This document shows positions 25,007-34,500 of a stretch of 42,611 nucleotides of DNA, in pieces. Numbering within the stretch: position 1 is the stretch's first letter; each line of letters begins with the position of its first letter. Made by a program: the position numbers and the translations under genes. Origin of the DNA: Candidatus Caenarcanales bacterium (GTDB lineage: Bacteria; Cyanobacteriota; Vampirovibrionia; Caenarcaniphilales; Caenarcanaceae); NCBI GenBank assembly GCA_033761855.1, contig JANRMG010000065.1, positions 1 through 42,611 of the forward strand, written 5' to 3'. The notes below the pieces were generated by a model. The model searched no databases. It was given only the letters and a program-made list of their open reading frames with translations, and was not told the DNA's origin.

Positions 25007-25738
25007 ATGCTGAACGTACTTTTAGCGTTCTGTATGTTCCTATCAGGTTTAAGCTTTGATACCAATACCTCTGCATCTTTGCAAGGTACCGCTCTCAACG
25101 CTCCTGTTGCAACTACAGACGGTCCATTAAGTGATCTTTTGATCGCTGTAAACGACTTAAATCTTGATGAAGATGTAGACGCTTCCACTGAAACTACTGA
25201 ATCAAATGAAGTAGTTAGTGAAGAATCAACCTCTTCAGAGGATTATGTTTCTAATCTTGGTAATGTCGAAGATGACTTGATGGCCGATGGAAATGCTCCA
25301 GTTGGTTGCGGTCCTAGAGTTCGTCATTGCAGACCAAAAGCACGCTGCTGCGCTCCAAAGCGTCACAGATGCCATAAACCTAAGGCTCGTTGCTGCAAAC
25401 CAAAGGTTCGCAGATGTTCTCCAAAACCAAAGAGATGCTGCCACAGACCAGAAGTACGCAGATGCGCTCCTCAAGTACGCAGATGTGCACCACAGGTTCG
25501 TCGTTGCGCTCCACAGGTTCGAAGATGTGCACCTCAAGTTCGCAGATGCGCTCCAGCTCCAACCGTTGTTCGTCACGTAGCTCCAGTTGGTTGTGGTCCT
25601 GCAATGGTTAGAAGAATGCCAGTTCCAGTTGGTTGCGGTCCAGCCGTTCACGGTCATGACCACTACGAAGCTGTTCCTTCAAACTATGCTGGTGAAGAAG
25701 CTAGCTATGAAGCTCCAGCTATGAATGACCAAATGTAA
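25007..25738 (+). CDS. Secreted bipartite protein: acidic N-terminal half, then a basic Cys/Arg/Pro-rich repeat half
   Basis: The SD GGAGAG lies 8 nt upstream. The N-terminus 'MLNVLLAFCMFLSGLSF' is signal-like and is followed by a D/E/S/T-rich region. After that come 17 Cys in about 125 aa, with 5 VRRCAP(Q/A) heptads and 3 'PVGCGP' motifs. A strong terminator follows. Confidence 0.75.
   Translation: MLNVLLAFCMFLSGLSFDTNTSASLQGTALNAPVATTDGPLSDLLIAVNDLNLDEDVDASTETTESNEVVSEESTSSEDYVSNLGNVEDDLMADGNAPVGCGPRVRHCRPKARCCAPKRHRCHKPKARCCKPKVRRCSPKPKRCCHRPEVRRCAPQVRRCAPQVRRCAPQVRRCAPQVRRCAPAPTVVRHVAPVGCGPAMVRRMPVPVGCGPAVHGHDHYEAVPSNYAGEEASYEAPAMNDQM
25454..25558 (+). repeat. Five tandem 21-bp in-frame coding repeats (VRRCAPQ x4 plus VRRCAPA)
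   Basis: The units are GTACGCAGATGCGCTCCTCAA, GTACGCAGATGTGCACCACAG, GTTCGTCGTTGCGCTCCACAG, GTTCGAAGATGTGCACCTCAA and GTTCGCAGATGCGCTCCAGCT. Confidence 0.95.
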
Positions 25739-25764
25739 ATTTTAGTGAAAAGCTAATAAAATAA

Positions 25765-25797
25765 AGAGTCGCTCCTTCGGGTTGCGGCTCTTTTTTG
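25765..25797 (+). terminator. Intrinsic terminator with a UUCG-capped stem
   Basis: AGAGTCGC-tCC-TTCG-GGtt-GCGGCTCT followed by T6. Confidence 0.85.
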
Positions 25798-25868
25798 TTT
25801 ATATTAGATAAACAGTTCTTAATTTTAAGGAATTAAATTTAAACTACTTAATATTAAAAATTACAAAT

Positions 25869-26261
25869 ATGCCTCCAGAAGAAGCAAGCTGGTGTCCTAT
25901 AAGACCCCCTAATGCGCCAAGTAACAGTACTTGGCATTCATACAAACCGGAATGGCATTTAAGAGAAGCTGCTTCTGGACAAACAACTTGTCCAGAAACA
26001 AGAGATCCTAATATTCAAAGGCCGATTACAACATCGCAAGTTATTAATGGAATTCAAGGTATTGTGTCTTCTTATGGAGTTGGACAGAATCTAAATTTTT
26101 ATCAGCGTTCAACCCCAACTGAGACCGATAACCCAGATCAAGCTGACAGATTTGTTAGGGGTTCGCAACCATTTGAGAGGGTTGAATTAAGACCTCATCG
26201 CCAGCCTGTGGATCATACTGAAACAATTAATACAATTAACGAAAGAGCTCTAAACGATTAA
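25869..26261 (+). CDS. Hypothetical 130-aa protein (uncertain)
   Basis: Open frame only, with no SD and no recognisable motif. Confidence 0.3.
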   Translation: MPPEEASWCPIRPPNAPSNSTWHSYKPEWHLREAASGQTTCPETRDPNIQRPITTSQVINGIQGIVSSYGVGQNLNFYQRSTPTETDNPDQADRFVRGSQPFERVELRPHRQPVDHTETINTINERALND

Positions 26262-26271
26262 GCTTAATACA

Positions 26272-28107
26272 CTAAATCATCTCACTAAGCTCATAGAGCT
26301 GAGAGTAGTAACCTTTTTTCTCTACTAATTCATCATGTGTTCCTTGCTCAACAATTTCTCCGTGCTGTAAAACAATAATTTGATTACACTCTTTAACTAA
26401 ATTGAGACGGTGAGCAATGAATATAACTGTCTTTCCACTGTGAAGGATTTTTTTAATAGCGTTTGTTACAAGTCCTTCGGTGTATGAATCCAGACTTGCC
26501 GTGGCCTCATCGAGGATTAAAACTTCTGGTTCTTGGATAATGGCGCGAGTCAGAGAAATTAATTGTTTTTGACCGCTCGATAAATCCACACCTCGCTCTC
26601 TGAGCTCGGAGTTTAAGCCACTTGGGAATTTATCCAAAATAGGGGTTAAGCCAATTTCTTCCGACAGTTGGTTTAAGTTTTCATCGGTTATTTCAGGTTT
26701 ATCAAGTTTTAAGTTGTCTTTTATACTTCCGCTAAATAAAAAGTTGCGCTGTGGAACCATCAGGACTTGACGCCTTAAATCATAAGGATCAATGTCTTTT
26801 ATATTTTGTCCGTCTATAAAAATGGCGCCTTCAGTGGGGTCGTAAAAACGACAGAGAAGCTTTATTAAAGTGCTTTTGCCCGAGCCTGTTTGTCCGACAA
26901 TGCCAAGACTTTGCCCTTCGGGCAAATCAAAAGAAACATCAGCAAGAATTTTTTTATCTTCCTCCGTGTTGTACTTAAAGCTCACAGACTTAAAACTAAT
27001 ATTTGTATTTTTTAGTTTTGGCTTGACTCTGTCTTGGCTATCCTCTGACCGAGAGAGAGCAGGAAATAAGCCATTTAAAGTTGCAATGCTTGGTTTCTCG
27101 TTGAGCAGAGCGGTTATGCGTTCCATCGAAGTAAAACCCGCTTGGAAAGTTGAAAACTTTTCACTTAAGCTTCTAATCGGGTTATAAAACATTTGGGCAT
27201 AACTTACAAAAGCAATTAACTTGCCTACCGTCATGTGCTGGGCAAAGAGAAGCGTGGCAAGAATTACCGCAATGATTGCAATTATTCCAACTAGCTCAAT
27301 AACCGCCGAAAACATAGAGTCCGAAGCAATGGCTTTATCATTGGCTTTGACGTAAGCATCATTACTTTGCTTAAAGTTTTTACTTAATTTATTTTCTTGA
27401 ACAAAGATTTTAATAATGGGAAGTCCCATAAGACTCTCTTGGAAAATACTGTTAAGTTGGGCCAAATGAACACGAGAATCAGCGTTGGCCCTGCGGTATG
27501 AGCTTTCAAAACTTCTTGTGAGCAATGCAAGGATTGGAATTAAAAGCATTTGAGCTAGCGTCAGCCTCCAATCAATATAGAGCATAAACAAAGATATTCC
27601 TAAGAGAGAAAATATATCGTTAGCGCCACCTACTAAGCCAGAAGCAAAAGTTTCACTCAAAGCTTCAATATCATTTGTAAGCCTTGTCAGGAGCTTTCCG
27701 GTTTGGTTTTTTTCAAAGAAGTCTATCGATAAATTTTGAAGATGAGAAAAAAGTTTGGAGCGAATATCTGAGACAAACTTTTGGCCTATGTCTTGAACAA
27801 TGGCATTTTGGACAGTTCTTAATACAAAAAGTAAAAGCAAAGCCACAAAGAGTACTGTTGGCAAGAACCAGAAGGAATGATAAAAGTTTTGCCAAAAACC
27901 GCTGTAAATTTGATGCTCTTGTTGATGCTCTTGGGACTTGGCTATACGGTCTATTGCTTGCTTAAGTAAAAAAGGCTGCACTCCCTGAAAGAGTGCAATA
28001 AAAGGAATAAAAGCTAAAGTTACCCAAATCTGTTTTTGATAAGGCTTTAAGAAAGGCACAATTTGCCTTAATAAATAAAAATTATCTGCTTGAATATGTT
28101 TTGTCAC
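26272..28107 (-). CDS. ABC exporter, fused permease-ATPase (MsbA/multidrug type)
   Basis: N-terminal 6-TM domain, Walker A 'GQTGSGKST', signature 'LSSGQKQ' and Walker B 'VLILDEAT'. Confidence 0.9.
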   Translation of the reverse strand: MTKHIQADNFYLLRQIVPFLKPYQKQIWVTLAFIPFIALFQGVQPFLLKQAIDRIAKSQEHQQEHQIYSGFWQNFYHSFWFLPTVLFVALLLLFVLRTVQNAIVQDIGQKFVSDIRSKLFSHLQNLSIDFFEKNQTGKLLTRLTNDIEALSETFASGLVGGANDIFSLLGISLFMLYIDWRLTLAQMLLIPILALLTRSFESSYRRANADSRVHLAQLNSIFQESLMGLPIIKIFVQENKLSKNFKQSNDAYVKANDKAIASDSMFSAVIELVGIIAIIAVILATLLFAQHMTVGKLIAFVSYAQMFYNPIRSLSEKFSTFQAGFTSMERITALLNEKPSIATLNGLFPALSRSEDSQDRVKPKLKNTNISFKSVSFKYNTEEDKKILADVSFDLPEGQSLGIVGQTGSGKSTLIKLLCRFYDPTEGAIFIDGQNIKDIDPYDLRRQVLMVPQRNFLFSGSIKDNLKLDKPEITDENLNQLSEEIGLTPILDKFPSGLNSELRERGVDLSSGQKQLISLTRAIIQEPEVLILDEATASLDSYTEGLVTNAIKKILHSGKTVIFIAHRLNLVKECNQIIVLQHGEIVEQGTHDELVEKKGYYSQLYELSEMI

Positions 28108-28246
28108 AGTGGTAATATATTAAGCTCTGAAAGAAATTATTACTACTAAAGGGTAGACAATTTTTTCAGATTAGTTTATTGTTTCCTGTACTAATCGTTA
28201 GTCTAGTCGTTTGTTTAGGTCTTTTATTTAGGCCATTAGGTGAACT

Positions 28247-28444
28247 GTGAAAAAGAAGAAAAGAAAAATCGAAATATCAGAGCATGATTTAGACCCTCTT
28301 AACACTGATTTGTTAAAGAGATTTTTAACCGGCGAAGGAAAAGCCGCAAGAATAGTACCCCATTATGTTCATGGGCTTACTTCAAGATTGCAAAGAAAGC
28401 TTGCTAGCACTATTAAGAGAGCAAGACAGTTAAACCTTTTATAG
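28247..28444 (+). CDS. rpsR: 30S ribosomal protein S18 (short, divergent)
   Basis: 'LLKRFLTGEGKAARIVP...GLTSRLQRKLASTIKRARQLNLL' matches the S18 core. GTG start with the SD AGGTGA. Confidence 0.75.
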   Translation: MKKKKRKIEISEHDLDPLNTDLLKRFLTGEGKAARIVPHYVHGLTSRLQRKLASTIKRARQLNLL

Positions 28445-28483
28445 TCTTATAGTCAGAAAATTTATTTATTTCGAGGAGAAGAT

Positions 28484-28801
28484 ATGTCAAAATTCATCAA
28501 GTCAAAGTCAGGAAGAGTCTGTCAAGTTACGGGCAAAAAAGCAATCAAAGGTTGGAGATATTCTTTCCTTCGTTCTCACTTCAACCCAACTTCCAAAAGA
28601 CGTTTTGAGGTTAATCTTCAAACCATTAAAACGGTTGATGAGAATGGCACTCCAGTAAGAGTTAAAGTGGCTGCATCCATCATTAAAAGATGCCCTGACA
28701 TCAAAGTTAGTTTAACTAATCTCTCCGAGAAAAAATTAAGACGCCGTCCTAAAGGCAAACAAAAGAAAGAGTTGCTTGAATTCATTGAATCCTTAGGCTA
28801 A
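28484..28801 (+). CDS. rpmB: 50S ribosomal protein L28 (extended)
   Basis: 'GRVCQVTGKKAIKG...SKRRFEVNLQ...VRVKVAASIIK' matches the L28 core, with N- and C-terminal extensions. Confidence 0.75.
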   Translation: MSKFIKSKSGRVCQVTGKKAIKGWRYSFLRSHFNPTSKRRFEVNLQTIKTVDENGTPVRVKVAASIIKRCPDIKVSLTNLSEKKLRRRPKGKQKKELLEFIESLG

Positions 28802-28844
28802 GTAGGATAGGAAAGTACTAAGTAAGTCTATTTTTTTGCAAAAA

Positions 28845-28880
28845 AAGATGAAAGGCAGTTTGCTTTTTCATCTTTTTTTT
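28845..28880 (+). terminator. Intrinsic terminator after rpmB
   Basis: AAGATGAAA...TTTCATCTT 9-bp stem followed by a T-run. Confidence 0.75.
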
Positions 28881-28961
28881 CGTCACTTCTTCTTAGGCCT
28901 TGTATCCTCTCTTTCTTCATGATAATCTTTAGTTCTTGCAATTTATTTTGCATGAGTAGCC

Positions 28962-29034
28962 GGATCAGTAGCTCAGCGGTTAGAGCAGTCGACTCATAAT
29001 CGATTGGTCGTAGGTTCAATTCCTACCTGATCCA
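28962..29034 (+). tRNA. tRNA with anticodon CAT: elongator tRNA-Met, or tRNA-Ile2 if lysidine-modified
   Basis: A manual cloverleaf fold works. Acceptor stem GGATCAG/CTGATCC plus discriminator A; D arm GCTC-AGCGGTTA-GAGC; anticodon arm GTCGA-CTCATAA-TCGAT; T arm GTAGG-TTCAATT-CCTAC. No CCA is encoded. It lacks the initiator features (3 GC pairs in the anticodon stem, 1:72 mismatch). Confidence 0.9.
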
Positions 29035-29423
29035 TTTTTTTATAAATTTAGTTGATTAGGCTGTTCCTTAGAGGGATTAGGTTGCCTTGCTGGTAGTGGA
29101 GTTGGTGTATTATAGTTTGGGTCTGGACGTGGATTTGGCACAAAAAGAGAATTGGGTTGATTATCTTTTTTAGATAAATAATTAATTTTGAAATTCCTCC
29201 CAAACAAGCATTTAATCGGTAAGTTACACATAATATTTCATCTACTTGTATATTCTTCTACATAATCTTTATTTTTATTTCCTAAGTTTTATTTTTGTCT
29301 CTTTAACACCATGTAGATAGTTAACAGTTCAAAAGCCTTTCTTAAATTAAGTTTTTCGAAATACTATAAATAATGTAACTTCTAACATACTACAGTTTTA
29401 ATTATTTTCATAAACCAAGTAGA

Positions 29424-31385
29424 ATGCTAATTATGGAATCATTCATTAGAACAGCAATAATAATAGAACGGTTATCGCCTTCGGTTGATGGAGGCTTGTT
29501 TCCGGTAAAAGTAATAGTTGGCGAAACCATCAAAGTGCGAGCCGCAATTTTTAAAGACGGCCATGAAATCATTAAAGCCAACATTAAATTAAAAAAGAAA
29601 AAGGAAGATAAATGGACTTATTTCCCTTTGCATTCGACCTTTAACAATGAATGGGAGGGAGAATTTACGGTTAATGAAAACGACCTTTTTGTTTATACCG
29701 TTGAGGCTTGGTTTGACCCTTTGGGTACTTGGCTAGATGGTACTCGCAAAAAGTGTGATGCACAAATGCAAGTTCAAAGCGAAGTCTTAGAGGGTGTAAA
29801 GCTTCTAAAAAAATTAAACGAAATAATTAGTCTAGAACACGAAAACTCTTTATGGAGATTTGTAAAACTCTTGGAGCTTGCTGAAGGCGATCCGGAGAAG
29901 GTAAACAAAATTCTAACTAATCAAGATTTTGCAAACTTAATCGAAAAAAATCCGCTTAAATTTTTACTTACAACCTTTGAGCCTGAATTAGAGCTTTGGG
30001 TTGAAAGAAAAAAAGCCGAGTACAGCTCTTGGTATGAATTTTTTCCCCGCTCTCAGACTGATTCTGTCGATAAACCCGGCACTTTAAAAAGCTGCATTGA
30101 ACGCTTGGATTATGTGAAGCAGCTTGGCTTCGATGTTTTGTACCTGCCTCCCATTCATCCGATTGGAAAGACAAACCGCAAGGGCAAAAATAATAGTTTA
30201 ATTGCTGATGAGAATTCCCCGGGCTCTCCTTGGGGTATTGGAAGCCATGAAGGCGGTCATAAATCTATCCATCCAGAGCTTGGAAGCTTTGAGGATTTGG
30301 AAGAACTTAGATTGGCTGCCGAAGAAAAAGGAATTGAACTTGCACTGGATATTGCAATTCAATGTTCGCCTGATCACCCTTACGTTAAAGAGCATCCAGA
30401 GTGGTTTTACCAATTGCCTGACGGAACCATAAAGTACGCTGAAAATCCTCCAAAAAAATACCAAGATATTTATCCTCTTGATTTTAATTGTGAACAGGCT
30501 GAAGCGCTCTGGCATGAGATGAAGGACATCTTCGAGTTCTGGATTTCTAAGGGCATTAAAATTTTTAGAGTCGATAATCCGCACACTAAGCCTTTTAAGT
30601 TTTGGGAATGGGTAATCAGAGAAATTAAACTCAAGCATCCTGAGGTTATCTTTTTGGCTGAAGCTTTTACAATGCCTAAACCAATGCAGTATTTGGCTAA
30701 AGCTGGATTCACACAGTCCTACACTTATTTTACCTGGCGGAACACCAAGGAAGAATTAATAGAATACATGAATGAGCTGACCAAGAGTGAGGCTACACTG
30801 TATTTTAAAGGAAACTTTTTTGCTAATACTCCCGATATTTTGCCCAAAATTCTACAAGAAGGTGGAAAGCCAGCATTTGAACAGCGCCTAATTCTTGCAG
30901 CAACTTTGAATTCCAATTATGGAATTTTCCAGGGCTTTGAGTTTTGCGAAAATAAACCAATAGAAGCTGGAAGTGAAGAATATCTGGATTCTGATAAGTA
31001 TGAAATAAAAGTTAGAGACTTTAATTCAGAGCCCAATTTAACAAACTTAATTTCTGTTGTTAATTCAATTCGTCGAGATAATCAAGCTCTGCACTATTAC
31101 AATAACTTGGAGTTTTATCCTTCCAGTAACGATAACATTCTTTGTTACGGCAAAAGAACAAGTGATAACTCAAACATTATCATTGTTGTAATTAACATTA
31201 GTCCTTTTCAAGCTCATGAAGACACGGTCGACTTGCCGCTAGAAACTTTTGGTTTATCAGATAATGCAACTTACGAAATGGTTGATTTAATAACCAATAT
31301 AAGTTACAAATGGTCTGGCCGAAAGAATTATGTAAGGCTTGATCCGGGCTATCAATCGGCTCATATTTTTAAGTTGGTAAGGTAA
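29424..31385 (+). CDS. glgE: Alpha-1,4-glucan:maltose-1-phosphate maltosyltransferase
   Basis: GlgE-type N-terminus ('IIIERLSPSVDGGLFPVKVIVGE') and GH13 catalytic blocks 'FRVDNPHTKP' and 'IFLAEAFT'. 653 aa. Confidence 0.88.
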   Translation: MLIMESFIRTAIIIERLSPSVDGGLFPVKVIVGETIKVRAAIFKDGHEIIKANIKLKKKKEDKWTYFPLHSTFNNEWEGEFTVNENDLFVYTVEAWFDPLGTWLDGTRKKCDAQMQVQSEVLEGVKLLKKLNEIISLEHENSLWRFVKLLELAEGDPEKVNKILTNQDFANLIEKNPLKFLLTTFEPELELWVERKKAEYSSWYEFFPRSQTDSVDKPGTLKSCIERLDYVKQLGFDVLYLPPIHPIGKTNRKGKNNSLIADENSPGSPWGIGSHEGGHKSIHPELGSFEDLEELRLAAEEKGIELALDIAIQCSPDHPYVKEHPEWFYQLPDGTIKYAENPPKKYQDIYPLDFNCEQAEALWHEMKDIFEFWISKGIKIFRVDNPHTKPFKFWEWVIREIKLKHPEVIFLAEAFTMPKPMQYLAKAGFTQSYTYFTWRNTKEELIEYMNELTKSEATLYFKGNFFANTPDILPKILQEGGKPAFEQRLILAATLNSNYGIFQGFEFCENKPIEAGSEEYLDSDKYEIKVRDFNSEPNLTNLISVVNSIRRDNQALHYYNNLEFYPSSNDNILCYGKRTSDNSNIIIVVINISPFQAHEDTVDLPLETFGLSDNATYEMVDLITNISYKWSGRKNYVRLDPGYQSAHIFKLVR

Positions 31386-31431
31386 TCCCCCTCGAACAAA
31401 ACGAATTTGTGAAATTACTGATGGATTCTCG

Positions 31432-31452
31432 GCCCCCTTTAATAAAGGGGGC
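31432..31452. terminator. GC-rich palindromic hairpin between convergent genes
   Basis: GCCCCCTTT-AAT-AAAGGGGGC, followed on the + strand by a T-rich tract. Confidence 0.6.
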
Positions 31453-31502
31453 GCCTCTATTTTGTTCTTTAGCTTTGGATACTGTGTGTGTGGGATTATT
31501 CT

Positions 31503-34500
31503 TCAAGGAGAAGATTTAGATAGAGGCTTTTCTTCGGCAGGAAGTACTTCTAGAGTGTTTTCGGTAGAACCATTCCTTGAGGGGATTTTTGCTTTTGGCA
31601 GATTTGAATGTAAACCGCTATCAAGCCATTTAAAGCTTGAGGAAGAAGTACTGTTTAGTTGCTGTTGATTATTGTAATTACCATTCATATTAAAGGAAAA
31701 AACACGAGGTCTGGTTTCTATAATTTTGTCTATTATTGGAAGATGTCCAAGAATATTTGCAAAATTTAATTGTGAAAAAATATTAGAAAACTCCGAGCCA
31801 GGATTGACCCGAACAGGGATTCGAGGAATACTACCGATAAAATTGAAATTAATTTTTGAATTTTTTCTCTCGAAATGACCGCTGGTATTGAGGTTTAATT
31901 TGTTGGTTCCTCTGTAACTGGCTTCAGGAATAAGAATCCAATCTTTGTCCACTTCCCAACGACCATATAGAGCCCTGTAATAGCCATTAGTAGTTGGAGA
32001 GAGGAATTCCAAAAGGGAATTAATATTTAGTGCTAAAGGACCATTAAAAACAAGATTAGCGAGGTTTAACTTTTTCTGTAAATCAAGAACTGCTGAAGTA
32101 TTTCCGTTTTTTAGATTAAATGAACCAGCCCCGAAGACTGGTTTTTCTCCCTTAATTAAGCTCCCAAGGTGACCATCCACTTTAAAGGTAAAATCTCCAG
32201 TCCCGCTTAAGCCTCTCTGACCGGATAAACCTCTTGCAATCGTTCCTACATTTAAATTATTGGCATCACCGACAAAGTGACCCTCCCAGTTTGCTAATTC
32301 AATATTACCGTTTAAATTAACATCTCCACCGGCTGTTTTAAAGGCCAAACCGGGCATTTGTAAATAGTTGTCTTTAAGATTAAAAGCCACATTCAACTCA
32401 TTAAAAGGAAGGTTTTTTATAATTCCTTTGTCAACAACCAAAGTAGAGTATCCCTTTCCACCTTTTGATTCAAAATAGCCTTCCAGAGAGGTTAGTTCCA
32501 AGGGTCCAATTTCTATACTTTGCAGTTCATCGGTTCTGAGAGATAACTTTAGGTTATTCCAAAAAGATTTTTTATCAAAAGCATTTATATTATTGCTTTC
32601 AACCCAACCTATGAGAGCTCCTCTTAAATTTGGGGTTTGAGAATTAACAGAATTATTGGCAGTATCAAAAAGCTGGCCTAAGTCAATTACGGGGTCTGTG
32701 TAGAGTTTAAGGTTAAAGTTCTCGGGTTTTCCTTCGGCTTCAGCAGCAATGTTTAATCCATTTAATGCACATTCAAAATCTTCTAGTTTAAAGTAACCAT
32801 CAGATGGTCGAACTAATATATCAGCATTAAAAAATCCTTCTGTACTTAACTTATCGGCTGGAAACAAATTTGAATTTAGGGAGCCCAAATTTTTAAATAT
32901 AGAGCTAACCTTTGATTCGAACATTCCCCCCTCTATTGGCTTTATTTCAGCGTTTATTGGAAGCAAAGCTTCCGAATTCAAAGCAAAATTTAATTTTTGT
33001 TGGGTCTTTTTATCTATAAAGTCATTAAGGTCAATTAGTCCTTGTAAATTCCCGTCAAAACTGGCAACCGAATCCAAAAAGCTATTAATTGAGGCTGTTG
33101 TCAGGAATTCCTTAGAAGGCTCCAGTTTGCCATTGAGAAATAAACTGGACTTGTTACCGTAAAGGAGTGATAGATTACCGACCTCAAGTACTCCATAACC
33201 TGGAAAGCTTAGTTTTCCAGAACCATTAGTGATTTTTTGGTTTTTATAAAGGAGACCCACATTTTGTAAATTGAGTTTTAGCTTATGAAGCTTAGAATCA
33301 AGGATTTCAAAATCGCTACTCAAGTAACCTGTTGGGTTTTGTATATTCTGGAGGAACTCTCTTTTTATATCCTTGTTTAATAAAGGCAAGATTTCAAGTA
33401 AGGTCGACAATTTAGTTTGAGATTCAACTCTTACTTTTAAAGGCTCTAAAGGTTGTTTTTCAGGAAGTTTAAAATTTCCATTCAAAAGTAAAAATTCATC
33501 ATCAGCCAATTTTGCTTTTAAGTTATAAACATCGAGTTGGGTATTACTTCCATATTTTATTTTTCCGGTAACAAATTCAACTTTCTTTTGTCCAATTTGA
33601 GGAGACAAAGCACTAAGTCTTGAAGGCTCAAACTCAAGATTCAGTGTGGGGTTTTGTGGGTCCTCGAAACTAATTTTGCCAAAAAGATTTTTGACTAAAC
33701 CATTAAAAGTTAAATTGTTTTTTTCAAGCGTAAAATTTTGGAAAGCAATTTGTGGAGAAGTAAAATCCAGATTTATCTTTGGTTTTTTTAAATCGTTAAA
33801 AAGAGCTTTAACACTGAATGAGACACGGTTTAGAGGATTATCTAATAAACTAAAAATTGCTAGACCCTGAAGCTCTTTGTCTTTTAAAACAAACTTTCCG
33901 CTACCATCAGAAAGAGAAATCTTTCTTAAACTGTCTTTGAGATTAGCCTTTGAAAGAGTAAATTCACCTTTAGCTTTTTTCTTCTCAATCGTTAGCTTTC
34001 CATTAAGTTCTCCACTCACAAACTCTAGGTCTTGCTTCCCTAAAAGTGCATTAAAATCTTTGAGTTGAATATTGCTTATTTCAAGTTTTGCATCGGTAAT
34101 ATTTTTGTCAGCAAAAGTTAAAAAGCCATTAATAGATCCTAAATTGCTGTTGTTCGGAGCTAGGTAAAAATTGAGCGGTTTAAAAAATAATTTAAACCTC
34201 GATTTTTTAAGTTCAGAAAGATTAATGAGTGATTCACCACTAATCTGCCCAGCCAGAGAGGATAATTTATATTTTGCAAGTTCATCTTTTAGGTAAGGAG
34301 TGAAAAAGCTTGCCCTTACTGGTTCTAGGATTAGCCTGACTTTTCGCGGAAAGCCAAAAAGGCTATATGGCCTTAAAACCTTTGAATGGAGATTAATATT
34401 TTGGGATTTTAAATTAAAAGTTTTTACTTCTCTAAGCTTGTCTAGTGCTGAATTTGTAACCAGAGAAAGAGCTAATTTAAAATCTTCGGTAGGTACACCG

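Noticed and set aside
24944-25010. 15-codon uORF (MTMKTLLNKLYRRDV) whose TAA overlaps the ATG of the Cys-rich gene.
   Set aside because: It has no SD of its own and no informative composition. It is likely a coincidence.
25454-25558. Regularly spaced 21-bp direct repeats, considered as a possible CRISPR-like array.
   Set aside because: The repeats are contiguous with no spacers, in frame and coding. No cas genes are present.
25235-25663. A stack of four overlapping ORFs on both strands across the Cys-rich gene.
   Set aside because: They are an artefact of the stop-free 21-bp periodic repeat. Only the + frame starting at 25007 has an SD, a signal peptide, a terminator and synonymous-only repeat variation.
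28828-29019. 63-aa minus-strand ORF.
   Set aside because: It overlaps the tRNA(CAU) gene and the rpmB terminator on the opposite strand, so it is implausible as a gene.
29040-29231. 63-aa Pro/Asn-rich minus-strand ORF next to the tRNA.
   Set aside because: It has no SD and no motif, and its composition is low-complexity. It cannot be distinguished from a chance ORF.
31462-31668. 68-aa + ORF at the 3' end of the AsmA-like gene.
   Set aside because: It overlaps the 1224-aa minus-strand ORF and the glgE terminator region and has no supporting signals.
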